In this document: piece by piece, positions 17,103 to 27,348 of the stretch
How the letters are laid out: every line of letters starts with the position of its first letter
How positions within the stretch are numbered: the first letter of the stretch is position 1
Assembly (NCBI GenBank): GCA_963665845.2
Contig: OY762492.1
Span: 2,080,001 to 2,144,000, forward strand
Reading direction: 5' to 3'
Length of the DNA: 64,000 nucleotides
Source of the DNA: Candidatus Poribacteria bacterium
Lineage (GTDB): Bacteria; Poribacteria; WGA-4E; GCA-2687025
Program-made: the position numbers and the translations under genes
The notes under the pieces: generated by a model
Told to the model about the DNA's origin: nothing
The model's input: the letters and a program-made list of their open reading frames with translations, nothing else
Database searches by the model: none

Positions 17103-19613
17103 ATGGCGATATCGATCATCTATCTGATACATCACAGCGAGACGCGCAACGGACACACCGAGCATCCCGACGACGCCGACCAGAGCGGTTTCCAGCGGCT
17201 GGACGACGCCCTAGACGCATGCGCCGACGACGAGCGGATGCGCTGGACATGCGACGCCGCCGATCCGTTGGCGCGGTGGCTCAACGCGTCGGAGCCTGAC
17301 CGCGCCGACCTGTTCGCGCAGCTGGCGGCGGACAGACGCATCGAAGCATGCGCCCTGCCGTACCATTTAAACGGCTCAACCCCCCGTTCGGCGATGGCGG
17401 GGCGTCTGCGCCAGGCGGCTGAACTTCGACGGCGCGGCATCCCTGTCCGTTCGGCGATGGCGCTCGGAACGGGCGGCGTCGGGGCGGGATGGATCGACCT
17501 TCTCGCCGGGATCGGCGCCGGGCGGCTCATCGCCTGTCCGCTTCAGCCGCCCGCCGGGGGCGGCGTCAAGCGGCCCGACGCGTTCTGGTGGACGTCGCTT
17601 TCTGGGGAACGTTTGCTTGTCTGGAACGGGTTTGATCTGCAGGAAAGCCGGCGCCTCGGCATTGGACGCCGTCTCGATAAAGCGCGCAAAAGCGTCGGGG
17701 AGCGAATCGCGCAGCTGGAAGCGGACGGCTATTTCTACGACTTTCTCGCCGTTCAGGTTGCGGAAACGAACGGCGGCGTCCACCCAAAACTGCCCGATTT
17801 CGTCCAGAAATGGAACGAGGACAAGACGGACGAATCGCCCGAAATGGCGCTCGCGGTTCCCAGCGAGATGTTTGATCGGCTTGAAGAAAAATACAGCGCC
17901 AATCTGCCGGTTCGGCGCGGCGAATGGAACGACTGGCGGACGCTCGGCGCCGCTTCGAACGCGCGTCTCACAGGGGCAGCCCGCGCCGCGCGCGAAACGC
18001 TCAACGCGGCGCAAAATCTGCTCGCTTTCACGGACCAGGAACCTCCGCCCGCCGTAGAGCGCGCCGACCGAAGCCTGCTGCTGTTTGACGAACGAACCTA
18101 CGGGCATCCCGACAGCGCGGACGCCCCCTACGATTTGGAGGTTCTGTCGCGCCGCGCCGCTCAAGATTCGTATGCGCTGGACGCCGCCCGTTTTTCCGCA
18201 TCGGCGCTGGACGCCGCCCGTTCCCAGACGGCGCGGCGCGGCTCCGACGAGGCGGCGGCTCCGCCGGGCATCGTCGTTTTCAACCCGCACCCTTGGCGCG
18301 TGGATGTCCTTGCCGAAATGAAAGCGCGCGGACTCGACACCTCCGCTGGACTCATCGACTCGGTCAGCGGGGAGAATGCGCCGAAATGGATCACGGAAGA
18401 GGGGGTCGCCTTCGCCGCGGCGAATCTTCCCCCGCTCGGATACAAAACCTACCGATGGGGCGAGCGCGGCGTCTTTCCCGACTCCGAACTGACGACCGAC
18501 GGAACCGTCCTGGAGAACCGCTTCTATCGGCTGGAGATGAACCCGAAAACGGGCGTCATCGAAAGCCTCAAAGACAAGCGGCTGAACCGCGAGCTGGTTG
18601 ACGGGCGGGCTGCCTTCGCCTTCGGACAATTGCTGCATGAGCGCATCGATGAAAAAAAGCCGCGCGCCGCCTTCGCCAGAGCGGGCGGTTCGAACCGCAA
18701 AGGCGCCCGCTTTACGCGCCAAAGCTCGACCTACGCGCAGGCGCGCAGCGGGCATCAAACCCCGCTGGCGGCAAGCCTCATCGCCGACATTTCTCCGCAG
18801 GGCGGGATGCGCGGCGCGTCGCTGGAAGCGATCCTGTATGAGCATCATGACTGGGTCGACATCGTTCTTTCGGTCGACAAGCTGCCTTCCGCCGAGCCGG
18901 AAGCCGCTTACGCCGCCTTTCCGTTCTACGTTCCGAACTGCAAGACGCGCTGCGAGTCGTCCGGCGGTTTCATTCTGGTGGACGAAGGGTTTTTGGAAGG
19001 CGCCGTTCGAGACTGGACGCACACGGAGGGCTGCATCGATTTTTCAAACGACGAATTCGGCGTTACGATCGCCTCTCCCGACGCTCCGCTGGCGCAGCTG
19101 GGGCGCATCAACACGGGGCGCTGGCTTCAAGAGTTCACGCCCGCGAGCGCGCATTACTACTCCTGGCTGTATCATAATTACGGATCGGGCGAGTTCTCGC
19201 CGGCGCTGTCCGGCCCGCTGACATTCCGCTACCGGCTGCGCAGTTACGCCGGCGCGTTTGACGCCGGCGCCGCTTACCGCTTGAGCCGCGAAACAGCGCT
19301 GAAACCGCATGCCGCCCAAATCCGCAAGCGTTCAAGCGGGGGGCTGCCTGAAGGCGAAACCGCCTTCTTGAGCGTGGAGCCGAGCAATGTCGCCCTGTCG
19401 ATACAGCGCGCCTCGGACGGGCTGGGCAAAATCGCGCGCCTGCAGGAGCTGAGCGGAAACGACTCGGTCGCGCGCCTGCGCATTGACGGCGCGTCGGAGG
19501 CGCTGCGCGTCACGCCGCTGGAGGAGGAGATCAACCGCTTTTATCCGATCATAGACGGGGCGGTCGTCTGCTGCGTCCCCGCTTTTGGAGAGATCGCCCT
19601 GCGCATTTTATGA
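17103..19613 (+). CDS. GH38-like (alpha-mannosidase-type) protein with degenerate catalytic motifs
   Basis: FWWTSLSGERLLVW, LPVRRGEWNDW, VVFNP, LPPLGYKTY, LENRFYRL, EAAYAAFPF, IARLQELSG; promoter-like TTGATT-17-TATTCT at 17043..17071. Confidence 0.8.
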   Translation: MAISIIYLIHHSETRNGHTEHPDDADQSGFQRLDDALDACADDERMRWTCDAADPLARWLNASEPDRADLFAQLAADRRIEACALPYHLNGSTPRSAMAGRLRQAAELRRRGIPVRSAMALGTGGVGAGWIDLLAGIGAGRLIACPLQPPAGGGVKRPDAFWWTSLSGERLLVWNGFDLQESRRLGIGRRLDKARKSVGERIAQLEADGYFYDFLAVQVAETNGGVHPKLPDFVQKWNEDKTDESPEMALAVPSEMFDRLEEKYSANLPVRRGEWNDWRTLGAASNARLTGAARAARETLNAAQNLLAFTDQEPPPAVERADRSLLLFDERTYGHPDSADAPYDLEVLSRRAAQDSYALDAARFSASALDAARSQTARRGSDEAAAPPGIVVFNPHPWRVDVLAEMKARGLDTSAGLIDSVSGENAPKWITEEGVAFAAANLPPLGYKTYRWGERGVFPDSELTTDGTVLENRFYRLEMNPKTGVIESLKDKRLNRELVDGRAAFAFGQLLHERIDEKKPRAAFARAGGSNRKGARFTRQSSTYAQARSGHQTPLAASLIADISPQGGMRGASLEAILYEHHDWVDIVLSVDKLPSAEPEAAYAAFPFYVPNCKTRCESSGGFILVDEGFLEGAVRDWTHTEGCIDFSNDEFGVTIASPDAPLAQLGRINTGRWLQEFTPASAHYYSWLYHNYGSGEFSPALSGPLTFRYRLRSYAGAFDAGAAYRLSRETALKPHAAQIRKRSSGGLPEGETAFLSVEPSNVALSIQRASDGLGKIARLQELSGNDSVARLRIDGASEALRVTPLEEEINRFYPIIDGAVVCCVPAFGEIALRIL

Positions 19614-19654
19614 TGCGGCATTTATTTTTATGCGGGCGTCCGACAACCCAGGTT

Positions 19655-20395
19655 GTCATTCCCGCGCAAGCGGGAATCCAGAGGCGCCGCCGAAACCGTC
19701 CGCGTTCACCTCAAGCGTCCGGCGGCACAAATCGTCATTCCCGCGTAAGCGGGAATCCAGAGGCGAACCCGAAACCGTCCGCATTCACCTCAAGCGTCCG
19801 GCGGCCCAAATCGTCATTCCCGCGCAAGCGGGAATCCAGAGGCGCCGCCGAAACCGTCCGCGTTCACCTCAAGCGTCCGGCGGCCCAAATCGTCATTCCC
19901 GCGCAAGCGGGAATCCAGAGGCGAACCCGAAACCGTCCGCGTTCACCTCAAGCGTCCGGCGGCCCAAATCGTCATTCCCGCGTAAGCGGGAATCCAGAGG
20001 CGAACCCGAAACCGTCCGCGTTCACCTCAAGCGTCCGGCGGCACAAATCGTCATTCCCGCGCAAGCGGGAATCCAGAGGCGAACCCGAAACCGTCCGCGT
20101 TCACCTCAAGCGTCCGGCGGCACAAATCGTCATTCCCGCGCAAGCGGGAATCCAGAGGCGAACCCGAAACCGTCCGCGTTCACCTCAAGCGTCCGGCGGC
20201 ACAAATCGTCATTCCCGCGCAAGCGGGAATCCAGAGGCGAACCCGAAACCGTCCGCGTTCACCTCAAGCGTCCGGCGGCCCAAATCGTCATTCCCGCGTA
20301 AGCGGGAATCCAGAGGCGAACCCGAAACCGTCCGCGTTCACCTCAAGCGTCCGGCGGCACAAATCGTCATTCCCGCGCAAGCGGGAATCCAGAGG
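19655..20395 (+). repeat. Tandem array of ten CGTC-REP palindromes with an exact 79-bp period
   Basis: GTCATTCCCGCGYAAGCGGGAATCC at 19655, 19734, 19813, 19892, 19971, 20050, 20129, 20208, 20287 and 20366; linkers nearly identical. Confidence 0.97.
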
Positions 20396-20467
20396 CGCCG
20401 CGCGCGCCGCGCCCGTCTTTAAACCCCCCTGATTCCCCCTTTTCAAGGGGAAATCAGACGCGCCGCC

Positions 20468-20758
20468 TCACTCGTGGCTGGCATGTTCCAGCGCCTGCTC
20501 AAAGAGCGAGCGGACATGCTCGTCGTCCAGCGCATAATAGACGCTGCGCCCGTTGCGCCTGTTTTTGACGAGGCGGATGGAGCGCAGATACGCCAGCTGA
20601 TGCGAGACGGCTGACGCGCTGGCGCCCGCTTCGCCGGCGATCTCGCTCACCGAAAGCTCGCCCGACAGAAGCGCGTACAGTATCTGCAGGCGCGTCGGGT
20701 CGCTCAACGCTTTGAACCATTCCGCCATCGTTTCAAAATGCTTGTTGGGGATATTCAT
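20468..20758 (-). CDS. ArsR/SmtB family metalloregulator (alpha5 Zn/Co site)
   Basis: FKALSDPTRLQIL, SAVSHQL HTH, C-terminal DEH-x10-HxxH/E. Confidence 0.93.
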   Translation of the reverse strand: MNIPNKHFETMAEWFKALSDPTRLQILYALLSGELSVSEIAGEAGASASAVSHQLAYLRSIRLVKNRRNGRSVYYALDDEHVRSLFEQALEHASHE

Positions 20759-22923
20759 GCCGCCGCAGCCTCTCCTTCCGCCTCGCGCATTTTGAGCATG
20801 CGCAGCCCGTTGGCGACCACCGCCATCGACACGCCCACATCGGCGACCACCGCCAGCGCTAACATCCCTTTGAAGGCGCTGAGCGCCGGAATGAAAGGTA
20901 TGAGCGCCGCGAAAAGCACCACAACGGCTTTGGTGGAGATGGCGAACCAGACGTTCTGCTGAACGACGAACAACGCCCGTCGACTCAGCCGCACCGCGCC
21001 GGGCAAAGCCCGAAGCGTTCCGCTGGCAAGCGTGATGTCCGCCGCCTCCATCGCAATGTCGACGCCCGCGCCGCCCATCGCGATGCCGATTTTAGACGAA
21101 GCGAGCGCCGGGGCGTCGTTGATGCCGTCCCCGACCATCGCGGCGTTCATTCCCGCCGTATGATGCGCCTTGTCTTCAGGCAGCAGCTCGTAATGCACCT
21201 CGTCAACTTCCGCTTGTTCGCCGATGGATTCCGCGGCGTTGCGCCGGTCGCCTGTCAACATCACAATGGGGGAGATGCCGAGTTCGCGCAGCTCTTGGAC
21301 GACTCCCCGCGTTTCGTCGCGTATCGTGTCTAGAAGCGCGATCTGTCCGGCGAGCTTGCCGTCCTGCGCCGCAAAGACTCCCCCTCTGATGTCCGGCAGG
21401 TCTTTCGTTTCAATGCCGAGCTGGTTCATCATGCGCGCGTTTCCGAGAACCATGCTGCTTCCGTCCGCGACGATTTCGCCGCCCTTGCCGGGGTAGGAGG
21501 TGTACACGCCCGATTCGGCATGCTCAATGCCGCGGTCTTCCGCCTCGTACAAAACCGCCTTTCCGACGGCGTGTTCAGAAAGCGCGCCCGCGGAGGCTCC
21601 GATGCGCAGCACATCCTCCTCGGTGTATCCAGGTTCGGGGTGAACGCTGGCAACGCGCAGTTCGCCAAGCGTCAAGGTCCCTGTTTTGTCGAAGGCGAAG
21701 GAGCGTATTCCCGCCAGCGCTTCCATTGCCGCGCCGCCTTTAAACAGCACCCCCATGCGAGAGGCGCGCGCCAGCGAGGAAGAGATCGCGACCGGCGCCG
21801 CCAAAGCGAGCGCGCACGGACAGCCCGCCACCAAGATCACGAGGCTTATATATAACCAACCCCGCTGCGGTTCTCCATCGACCATGGTGTCGAAGAACGG
21901 TTCCAGAAACACAAGCGGCGGAACCACAGCGATGATGATCGCGACCGCGACCACAACAGGCGTGTAGTACGCCGCAAACTTGTCCAGATAACGCTCGGCG
22001 GGGGAGCGGCGCGCCTGCGCCTCTTCCACCTGCTGAAGGGCGCGCGCCAGCGCCGTCTCGTCCGAAAGCTTCGTCGTTTCAAATTCTATCGTTCCGCTGT
22101 CGTTGATGGAGCCGGCAAACACTTCGGAGCCTGCCGTCTTTTCGATGAGCGCCGATTCGCCGGTGATGGGCGATTCGTTCATCTCCGTCTCCCCGGACAA
22201 GACGACCCCGTCCAGCGGGACGCGTTCGCCCGGCTTCACCAAAACGCGCTCGCCGACGACGACATCTTCAACGGCAACCATCTCCACAGCCCCGTTTCGG
22301 AAAACAGCGGCTTGCGCCGGGCTGAGCGACAGCAGCGACGCGATCTCGCGCCGGGCGCGCGTCGCGCTGTAACCTTCCAGCGCGTTCGCAAACGCAAAGA
22401 GCGACACCACAGCGCACGCCTCAACCCACTCGTCGATAAATATTGCGCCGGCGACCGCGATCACCATCAGCACGTTGATGTCGATGCGCCGGTTCCAGAG
22501 CGAAATGCCGGCGTTTCGAACCGTGAAGATTCCTCCGACCGCGATGGAGGCGATGAAAAAGATCTGCGCGGTCGGGTCATCTTTGACCAGATACTTGCTG
22601 GCGAGGCCTGCCGCCAGTCCGCATAAAGCAAAGACGGCGCAGACCGACCGGAAGGAAAATCCGCTCTCGCGGGCGGTTCCGCTGTCGGGCGTTTCAAAAC
22701 CCAGATTGCGTATTTTGGATTCGATGTCCGCGATGGTGACGGCAGCCTGATTGTAAGCGACCTGCATGCGCCCCTGGGCGAAGACGACGTTGACCGAATC
22801 AACGCCGGGCATCGCGCCGACGACGCTGGTGATCTTGCTGGCGCATGCCGGGCAGTCCATCCCTTCGATGCGCATCGATTCTCTTCTTGCGGCGCGCCGT
22901 TTTGCGGCGGCTTCGTTGTTCAT
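20755..22923 (-). CDS. Heavy-metal P1B-type ATPase (CadA/ZntA-like)
   Basis: GMDCPAC HMA domain, TGES, CPC, DKTGT, GDGINDAPAL. Confidence 0.95.
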   Translation of the reverse strand: MNNEAAAKRRAARRESMRIEGMDCPACASKITSVVGAMPGVDSVNVVFAQGRMQVAYNQAAVTIADIESKIRNLGFETPDSGTARESGFSFRSVCAVFALCGLAAGLASKYLVKDDPTAQIFFIASIAVGGIFTVRNAGISLWNRRIDINVLMVIAVAGAIFIDEWVEACAVVSLFAFANALEGYSATRARREIASLLSLSPAQAAVFRNGAVEMVAVEDVVVGERVLVKPGERVPLDGVVLSGETEMNESPITGESALIEKTAGSEVFAGSINDSGTIEFETTKLSDETALARALQQVEEAQARRSPAERYLDKFAAYYTPVVVAVAIIIAVVPPLVFLEPFFDTMVDGEPQRGWLYISLVILVAGCPCALALAAPVAISSSLARASRMGVLFKGGAAMEALAGIRSFAFDKTGTLTLGELRVASVHPEPGYTEEDVLRIGASAGALSEHAVGKAVLYEAEDRGIEHAESGVYTSYPGKGGEIVADGSSMVLGNARMMNQLGIETKDLPDIRGGVFAAQDGKLAGQIALLDTIRDETRGVVQELRELGISPIVMLTGDRRNAAESIGEQAEVDEVHYELLPEDKAHHTAGMNAAMVGDGINDAPALASSKIGIAMGGAGVDIAMEAADITLASGTLRALPGAVRLSRRALFVVQQNVWFAISTKAVVVLFAALIPFIPALSAFKGMLALAVVADVGVSMAVVANGLRMLKMREAEGEAAAA

Positions 22924-22943
22924 GTATCCCACTCCTCCTCTGC

Positions 22944-23015
22944 GCATGAGCGGTTGTTCATATGTTCATTTGATCATTCGTTCACATATTACCATGCAGG
23001 TTTCCGCCGTGTCAA
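22944..23015 (-). promoter_or_regulatory. Sigma70-like promoter with two SmtB/ArsR-type operator boxes
   Basis: Minus strand TTGACA-18-TAATAT (with extended TG), followed by TGAACGAATGATCA and TGAACAACCGCTCA imperfect inverted repeats. Confidence 0.7.
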
Positions 23016-23106
23016 CCGTTCACAAGGCGCAGAGGCTGTTTTTTTGCGCGGAAAGGCGATTTTTATGAACAGAAGCGCGGAAAGGCGAAAACAACCGCGG
23101 ACAGAG

Positions 23107-25233
23107 TCAGCGCGCGGCGCGCCAAAAGCGTATCGTTCGGTCATGTCCAGCGACGGCAATCTGTCCGTCCGGCGAGAACGCGACAGCGCGCACAATGCCC
23201 TCATGCCCCTCCAATGCGCTGATCAGTTCGCCCGTTTCAGCGTTCCAAACCCGCGCCTTTTGATCGCCCCCGCCGGCGGCAACGAACCGCCCGCATGGAG
23301 ATAGCGCCGCAACAGGCGCGTTGCTGACGCCGTTGAGACGCGTCGACATCGTTTGCAGCGGCTCCCCCGTTTGGACATCCCAGACGCGCGCCTTGTTGTC
23401 GCCGCCGCTGCTGACAAGCCGCCCGTTTTGCGCGAACAGAACCGAGCGCGTCATCGGTTCATGTCCCTCTAACTCTCCTGTCAACGCGCCTGTCTCGGCG
23501 TCCCATAACCTTATCGTTTGATCCCATCCGCCGCTGGCGATCGTCTTGCTGTCCGGCGAGAAAGCCGCCGTGTATACCCGGTCCGTATGTCCCGACAATG
23601 TCTGAACATGCGCCCCTGTCTCGGCGTCCCAAACGCGCGCGGTATTGTCGGAGCTGCCGGTGACAATCCAGCGGCCGTCCGGCGAGTAAGCGGCGGAACG
23701 AACCGAATATCTATGACCCGTCAGCGTATGAACGCAGCCGCCCGTTTGAACGTCCCAGACGCGCGCCGTTTTATCATGGCTTGCGGTGACGACGCGCCGT
23801 CCGTCCGGCGAGAACGCGGCGGAATACGCGAATCCATTATGCGACGCCCTCGTCAATAAGGAGTTCCCTGTATCCGTAAATTTTACGATGCGGTCTCCTG
23901 TTTCAACGTCCCACAGGCAGACATTCTTGTCATGGCTTGCAGTGGCGATTGTCTTGCCGTCCGGCGAAAAGGCTATGGAGGCGATGAAACTTGTATGGCT
24001 CGTCAGAATCTGCCTGTCGAATTCAAACGCGGAGGGCGGAGGCGGAGGAGACGGCCGCGGCGGACGCGGAGACGGCGGAGGCGGAGGCGGAGGCGGTTGA
24101 GGAGCGTAAGCGCTGACATCATGCCGGCGAATGCTCGTACCCTTGCCGGCGGCGATGAGCGTCGTTCCGTCCGGCGAGAAGGCGGCGGTTCGAACGGCGC
24201 TGCCGTTTCCGTTGAACGTATGGATCGGCTCTCCCGTCTCGCCGTTCCAAAGGCGAATATCGGCGTCCACGCCGGCGCTGGCGATGAGCCTGCCGCATGG
24301 TGAAAAAAGCGCCGTGTAGATCCACTGTGTATGACCTCTCAAAATTCGGATCGACTCGCCTGTATCGGCGTCCCAGAGGCGGACCGTTTGATCGCCGCCG
24401 GCGCTGATGAGAACGCGCCCGTCGGGAGAGAAACCGACCGACTCCACGTTTTGCCGATGCCCGTTCAGCGTTCGGACAAGCCCGCCTGTTTCCGCGTCCC
24501 AGATGCGTATCTGATTGTCCTTGCCGCCGCTGGCGATTCGCTTGCCGTCCGGCGAGTATGCGGCGGAGAGAACGCCGTCCAAACTTCCGCTCAATGTTCG
24601 TATGCGTTCGCCCGTTTCCGCGTCCCAGATGCGCACGGTCTTGTCCAAACTGCCGCTGACGATGCGCCGTCCGTCGGGCGAATAAGCGGCGGAACGAACC
24701 GAGGCGCCATGCCCAGAAAAACGGCGCAGCCTTAAGCCTGTGTCGACATTCCAGGTGTAGAGGTCCGCGTCTTCGCTTCCGCTGACGATGAATTTGCCGT
24801 CCGGCGAATACGCGACCGCGCGGACCGACCTCTGATGCCTGTTGAGCGTATGAATCCGCTTGCGCGTTTCAGCATGAAAAATGCGCGCCGTATAGTCGGA
24901 ACCGCCGACCGCGAACGTCTTGCCGTCAGGGGCGTAAGCGGCGGCGTAGATCCAGACTTCAGCCGGCGGCTTAGGTTTCGGCTTAGGTTTCGGCTCCGGC
25001 GGCGGGTCTGGGCGTGGTGGATTCGTGTTCCCGATCTTTTTGTCGTATGCCGCCTTTTTATTAGGGTCGCTCAGCGTAGCATACGCTTCATTGATCTTTT
25101 TGAGTTTTGCTTCGGCTCTTGGATCGCCGGAGTTTTTGTCCGGATGATACTTTTTCGCCAGCCGTCTATACGCTTTTTTGATTTCGTCTTGAGTCGCATG
25201 CCGCGGAACTTCAAGAATATCGTAGTAATTCAT
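23107..25233 (-). CDS. J-domain protein with two WD40 beta-propellers
   Basis: NYYDIL...HPDKN J-domain, Pro/Lys linker, about 7 WD40 repeats, poly-Pro linker, about 7 more WD40 repeats. Confidence 0.9.
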   Translation of the reverse strand: MNYYDILEVPRHATQDEIKKAYRRLAKKYHPDKNSGDPRAEAKLKKINEAYATLSDPNKKAAYDKKIGNTNPPRPDPPPEPKPKPKPKPPAEVWIYAAAYAPDGKTFAVGGSDYTARIFHAETRKRIHTLNRHQRSVRAVAYSPDGKFIVSGSEDADLYTWNVDTGLRLRRFSGHGASVRSAAYSPDGRRIVSGSLDKTVRIWDAETGERIRTLSGSLDGVLSAAYSPDGKRIASGGKDNQIRIWDAETGGLVRTLNGHRQNVESVGFSPDGRVLISAGGDQTVRLWDADTGESIRILRGHTQWIYTALFSPCGRLIASAGVDADIRLWNGETGEPIHTFNGNGSAVRTAAFSPDGTTLIAAGKGTSIRRHDVSAYAPQPPPPPPPPSPRPPRPSPPPPPSAFEFDRQILTSHTSFIASIAFSPDGKTIATASHDKNVCLWDVETGDRIVKFTDTGNSLLTRASHNGFAYSAAFSPDGRRVVTASHDKTARVWDVQTGGCVHTLTGHRYSVRSAAYSPDGRWIVTGSSDNTARVWDAETGAHVQTLSGHTDRVYTAAFSPDSKTIASGGWDQTIRLWDAETGALTGELEGHEPMTRSVLFAQNGRLVSSGGDNKARVWDVQTGEPLQTMSTRLNGVSNAPVAALSPCGRFVAAGGGDQKARVWNAETGELISALEGHEGIVRAVAFSPDGQIAVAGHDRTIRFWRAAR

Positions 25234-25328
25234 CGCCTGTTCATGTCAGAGTTCGCGCCGCAGGAAAAGAGGCGGGTCTACTGGACATTACGTTTGCCGA
25301 AAACGGCGGCTCTGTCAAGAGCGAATCT

Positions 25329-25493
25329 GACCTCATGTCTTTAGTGGGGACATGTCGGCATGGAAACGCGGACGGTTTCGGGGTGGACTCTGGATTCCCG
25401 CTTACGCGGGAATGACGGTATGGTTGGCGGCGCCTTTTTCCCATGAATAAAGTCTTTGGTCGTTCAAATGTCTCAACTTTACGCGTGAGGTCA
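25329..25493. mobile_element. IS3-like-ended MITE copy, followed by further repeat modules to about 25620
   Basis: TGACCTCA...TGAGGTCA ends, internal REP; aligns with the 16807 and 36386 copies. Confidence 0.75.
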
Positions 25494-25672
25494 GAAAACC
25501 CCCCAGCCCCTCTTTTCAAGGGGGAGTCTAGAAACCCGCGCTCTATCCGCCGTCAGTTTTTCTTCGAAGCGCGCTGTCCGCATTCGCATTCAGAATTGTC
25601 CTAACTCAAGGAACGAGGCAGGTTCTTCATGTTATACTACTTAAAAGAACGGCATCAAATGAGGAGCTTTGT

Positions 25673-26260
25673 ATGCGAGTCTTGTACGGAATATGCGCGG
25701 CGGTTCTATCGGCGGCGGCGCTGGGTGGATGCGCGGCGCTGATCGGGGGCGGGTATCAAGGCGAACTGGGCGAAAACTTGGCGCTCGCTTCCACAGGCGC
25801 CACAGCGAGCGACCCGGCATTCAACGACGGAAACATCTACACCCATGCCGAGACGAACACCCCCCAAATCTCCGCAGACGAGCGCAGACCGCGGGACATC
25901 ATGTTCGACTCGGTCGCCGAAGTGCGTTTCAAGGAGCCGACAAAGGTGAATCAGATCGCTGTCGTCTCCAGAGACCTGGACAAGCCGCTGCAAGCGGGCA
26001 TGTGGGTCGCGCTAGAGTATCTCAAAGACGGCGAATGGAAAACGGCGCGCAAATGGTCGACAGGCAACACGCCTCGCAACCCAAAGGCAAGCATGGAGGC
26101 TGTCGCCGACGGAGTCCGCGTACGCATCCGGCGTCCGCCCACCTACTTAACCGGCGGACGGGGGCAAACCTATAGCGGCGACAACGGCAACCGAACCGTC
26201 TACGAGGTGCAGGCGTTTCAGTATGTTTCTAAAGAGCCGTCCTCCGCTGAGGAGGAGTGA
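25673..26260 (+). CDS. Lipoprotein, possibly with a discoidin/galactose-binding-like fold
   Basis: Lipobox LGGC; ENLALASTGATAS..FNDGN; VYEVQAF; GAGGAG RBS. Confidence 0.7.
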   Translation: MRVLYGICAAVLSAAALGGCAALIGGGYQGELGENLALASTGATASDPAFNDGNIYTHAETNTPQISADERRPRDIMFDSVAEVRFKEPTKVNQIAVVSRDLDKPLQAGMWVALEYLKDGEWKTARKWSTGNTPRNPKASMEAVADGVRVRIRRPPTYLTGGRGQTYSGDNGNRTVYEVQAFQYVSKEPSSAEEE

Positions 26261-26288
26261 ATTCGCCTGGGCGCTGTTCGATTGAAGC

Positions 26289-26740
26289 CGTCATTCCCGC
26301 CCTTGCGGTAAAACGCGCGGGAATCCAGAGTCCAACAGACAACGTCCGCGTTCACCGTAAGCGTCCATCCTACACGCCGTCATTCCGCCCGTGCGGTAAA
26401 ACGCGCGGGAATCTTAGCCGTTGTCTGAACTAGGATTGCCAAGATTGAAAAGATTGCCAAGAAAATTCCCGCGCCCCGATCATCTTGGCAATCTTAATCA
26501 TCCTTCAATCCTAGTTCAAAACAGACCTCGACCAGCGCTGAAAACCCCCCAGCCCCCTTTTCAAGGGGGGAGTCCAGAAACACGCGCCCTATCCGCCGTC
26601 ATAGGGCGTCGCGCTATTCCCGCCCGTGCGGTAAAACGCGCGGGAATCTTAAGGCATCGCCGCCGCGCCCGTAAACCCCCCTAGCCCCCCTTTTCAAGGG
26701 GGGAATCGGACGCTGTGCCGAAACCGTCCGCGTCCGCATG
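26289..26740. repeat. Cluster of mixed palindromic modules (long-loop REP x3, GTCTGAACTAGGATT palindrome, CCCCCTTTTCAAGGGGG x2)
   Basis: Direct inspection; each module recurs elsewhere in the window. Confidence 0.85.
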
Positions 26741-26793
26741 CTGCTTATTTTGCCGAGATTCGCCGAAATATGCTGAAATTCGTCCAATTCCGC

Positions 26794-26822
26794 TTGCTAT
26801 TCGCGGCGAGCGGCGTTATGAT
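26794..26822 (+). promoter_or_regulatory. Putative ssrA promoter
   Basis: TTGCTA-17-TATGAT about 60 nt upstream of the tmRNA 5' end. Confidence 0.55.
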
Positions 26823-26883
26823 ATATGGAGAAGCGGTTGCCGCGGAGGTCATGGCTCTGCGCTGCCGCGCGTTCTGCCCAGAC

Positions 26884-27239
26884 GGGGGCGTAATTGGTTT
26901 CGACGCGATCGATCAGCGGAAAAGGTTGCATGTCGAGGGTCCGCCTGGCCTCGTTAAAAAGGCGGAAAAAATCAAAATGCCAACCATGAAATGGCGCTTG
27001 CCGCTTAAGTAAAGCGGCCGTCCGCTGCTTCTTTGCCTATGAGGGGCATGTCGGGCGTTGTTTAGTAGGCTAGGCGTCGGGAGCGCGCCGCAAGCGGCCT
27101 GACGCGACATCAAATGCGGCTAGCGAACGCATTCCCTGCCCGCGGGGACGGCGCAAGCGAACATAAAACGCGGGATAAGCACGTAGAGCCTTTTCAGCGG
27201 CGTTCGCGGACGCGAGTTCGACTCTCGCCGCCTCCACCA
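26884..27239 (+). ncRNA. ssrA: tmRNA; tag peptide ANHEMALAA
   Basis: 5' GGGGGCG pairs with 3' CGCCTCC-ACCA (G3-U wobble), GGTTTCGAC D-loop region, GTTCGACTC T-loop, tag frame GCC AAC CAT GAA ATG GCG CTT GCC GCT TAA. Confidence 0.97.
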
Positions 27240-27348
27240 ATTTAATCGCGCAAGCAAGCGTAAAAGAGCTTGCGCGTCGGGAACATCAAGATTATACTGA
27301 AGCGCAAATGCTTCAGGCTGAGCGTGTCGTAATCAGAAAGGTTGCTAA

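Noticed and set aside
19655-20395. CRISPR array
   Set aside because: The linkers are near-identical rather than unique spacers, the repeat is dispersed across the window as a REP, and there are no cas genes.
19585-20422. Repetitive ORFs of 238 and 270 aa
   Set aside because: Read-through of the 79-bp array; the same peptide appears in rotating frames.
26715-27113. Short ORFs over the tmRNA region
   Set aside because: Explained by ssrA and its promoter; only the tag frame is meaningful.
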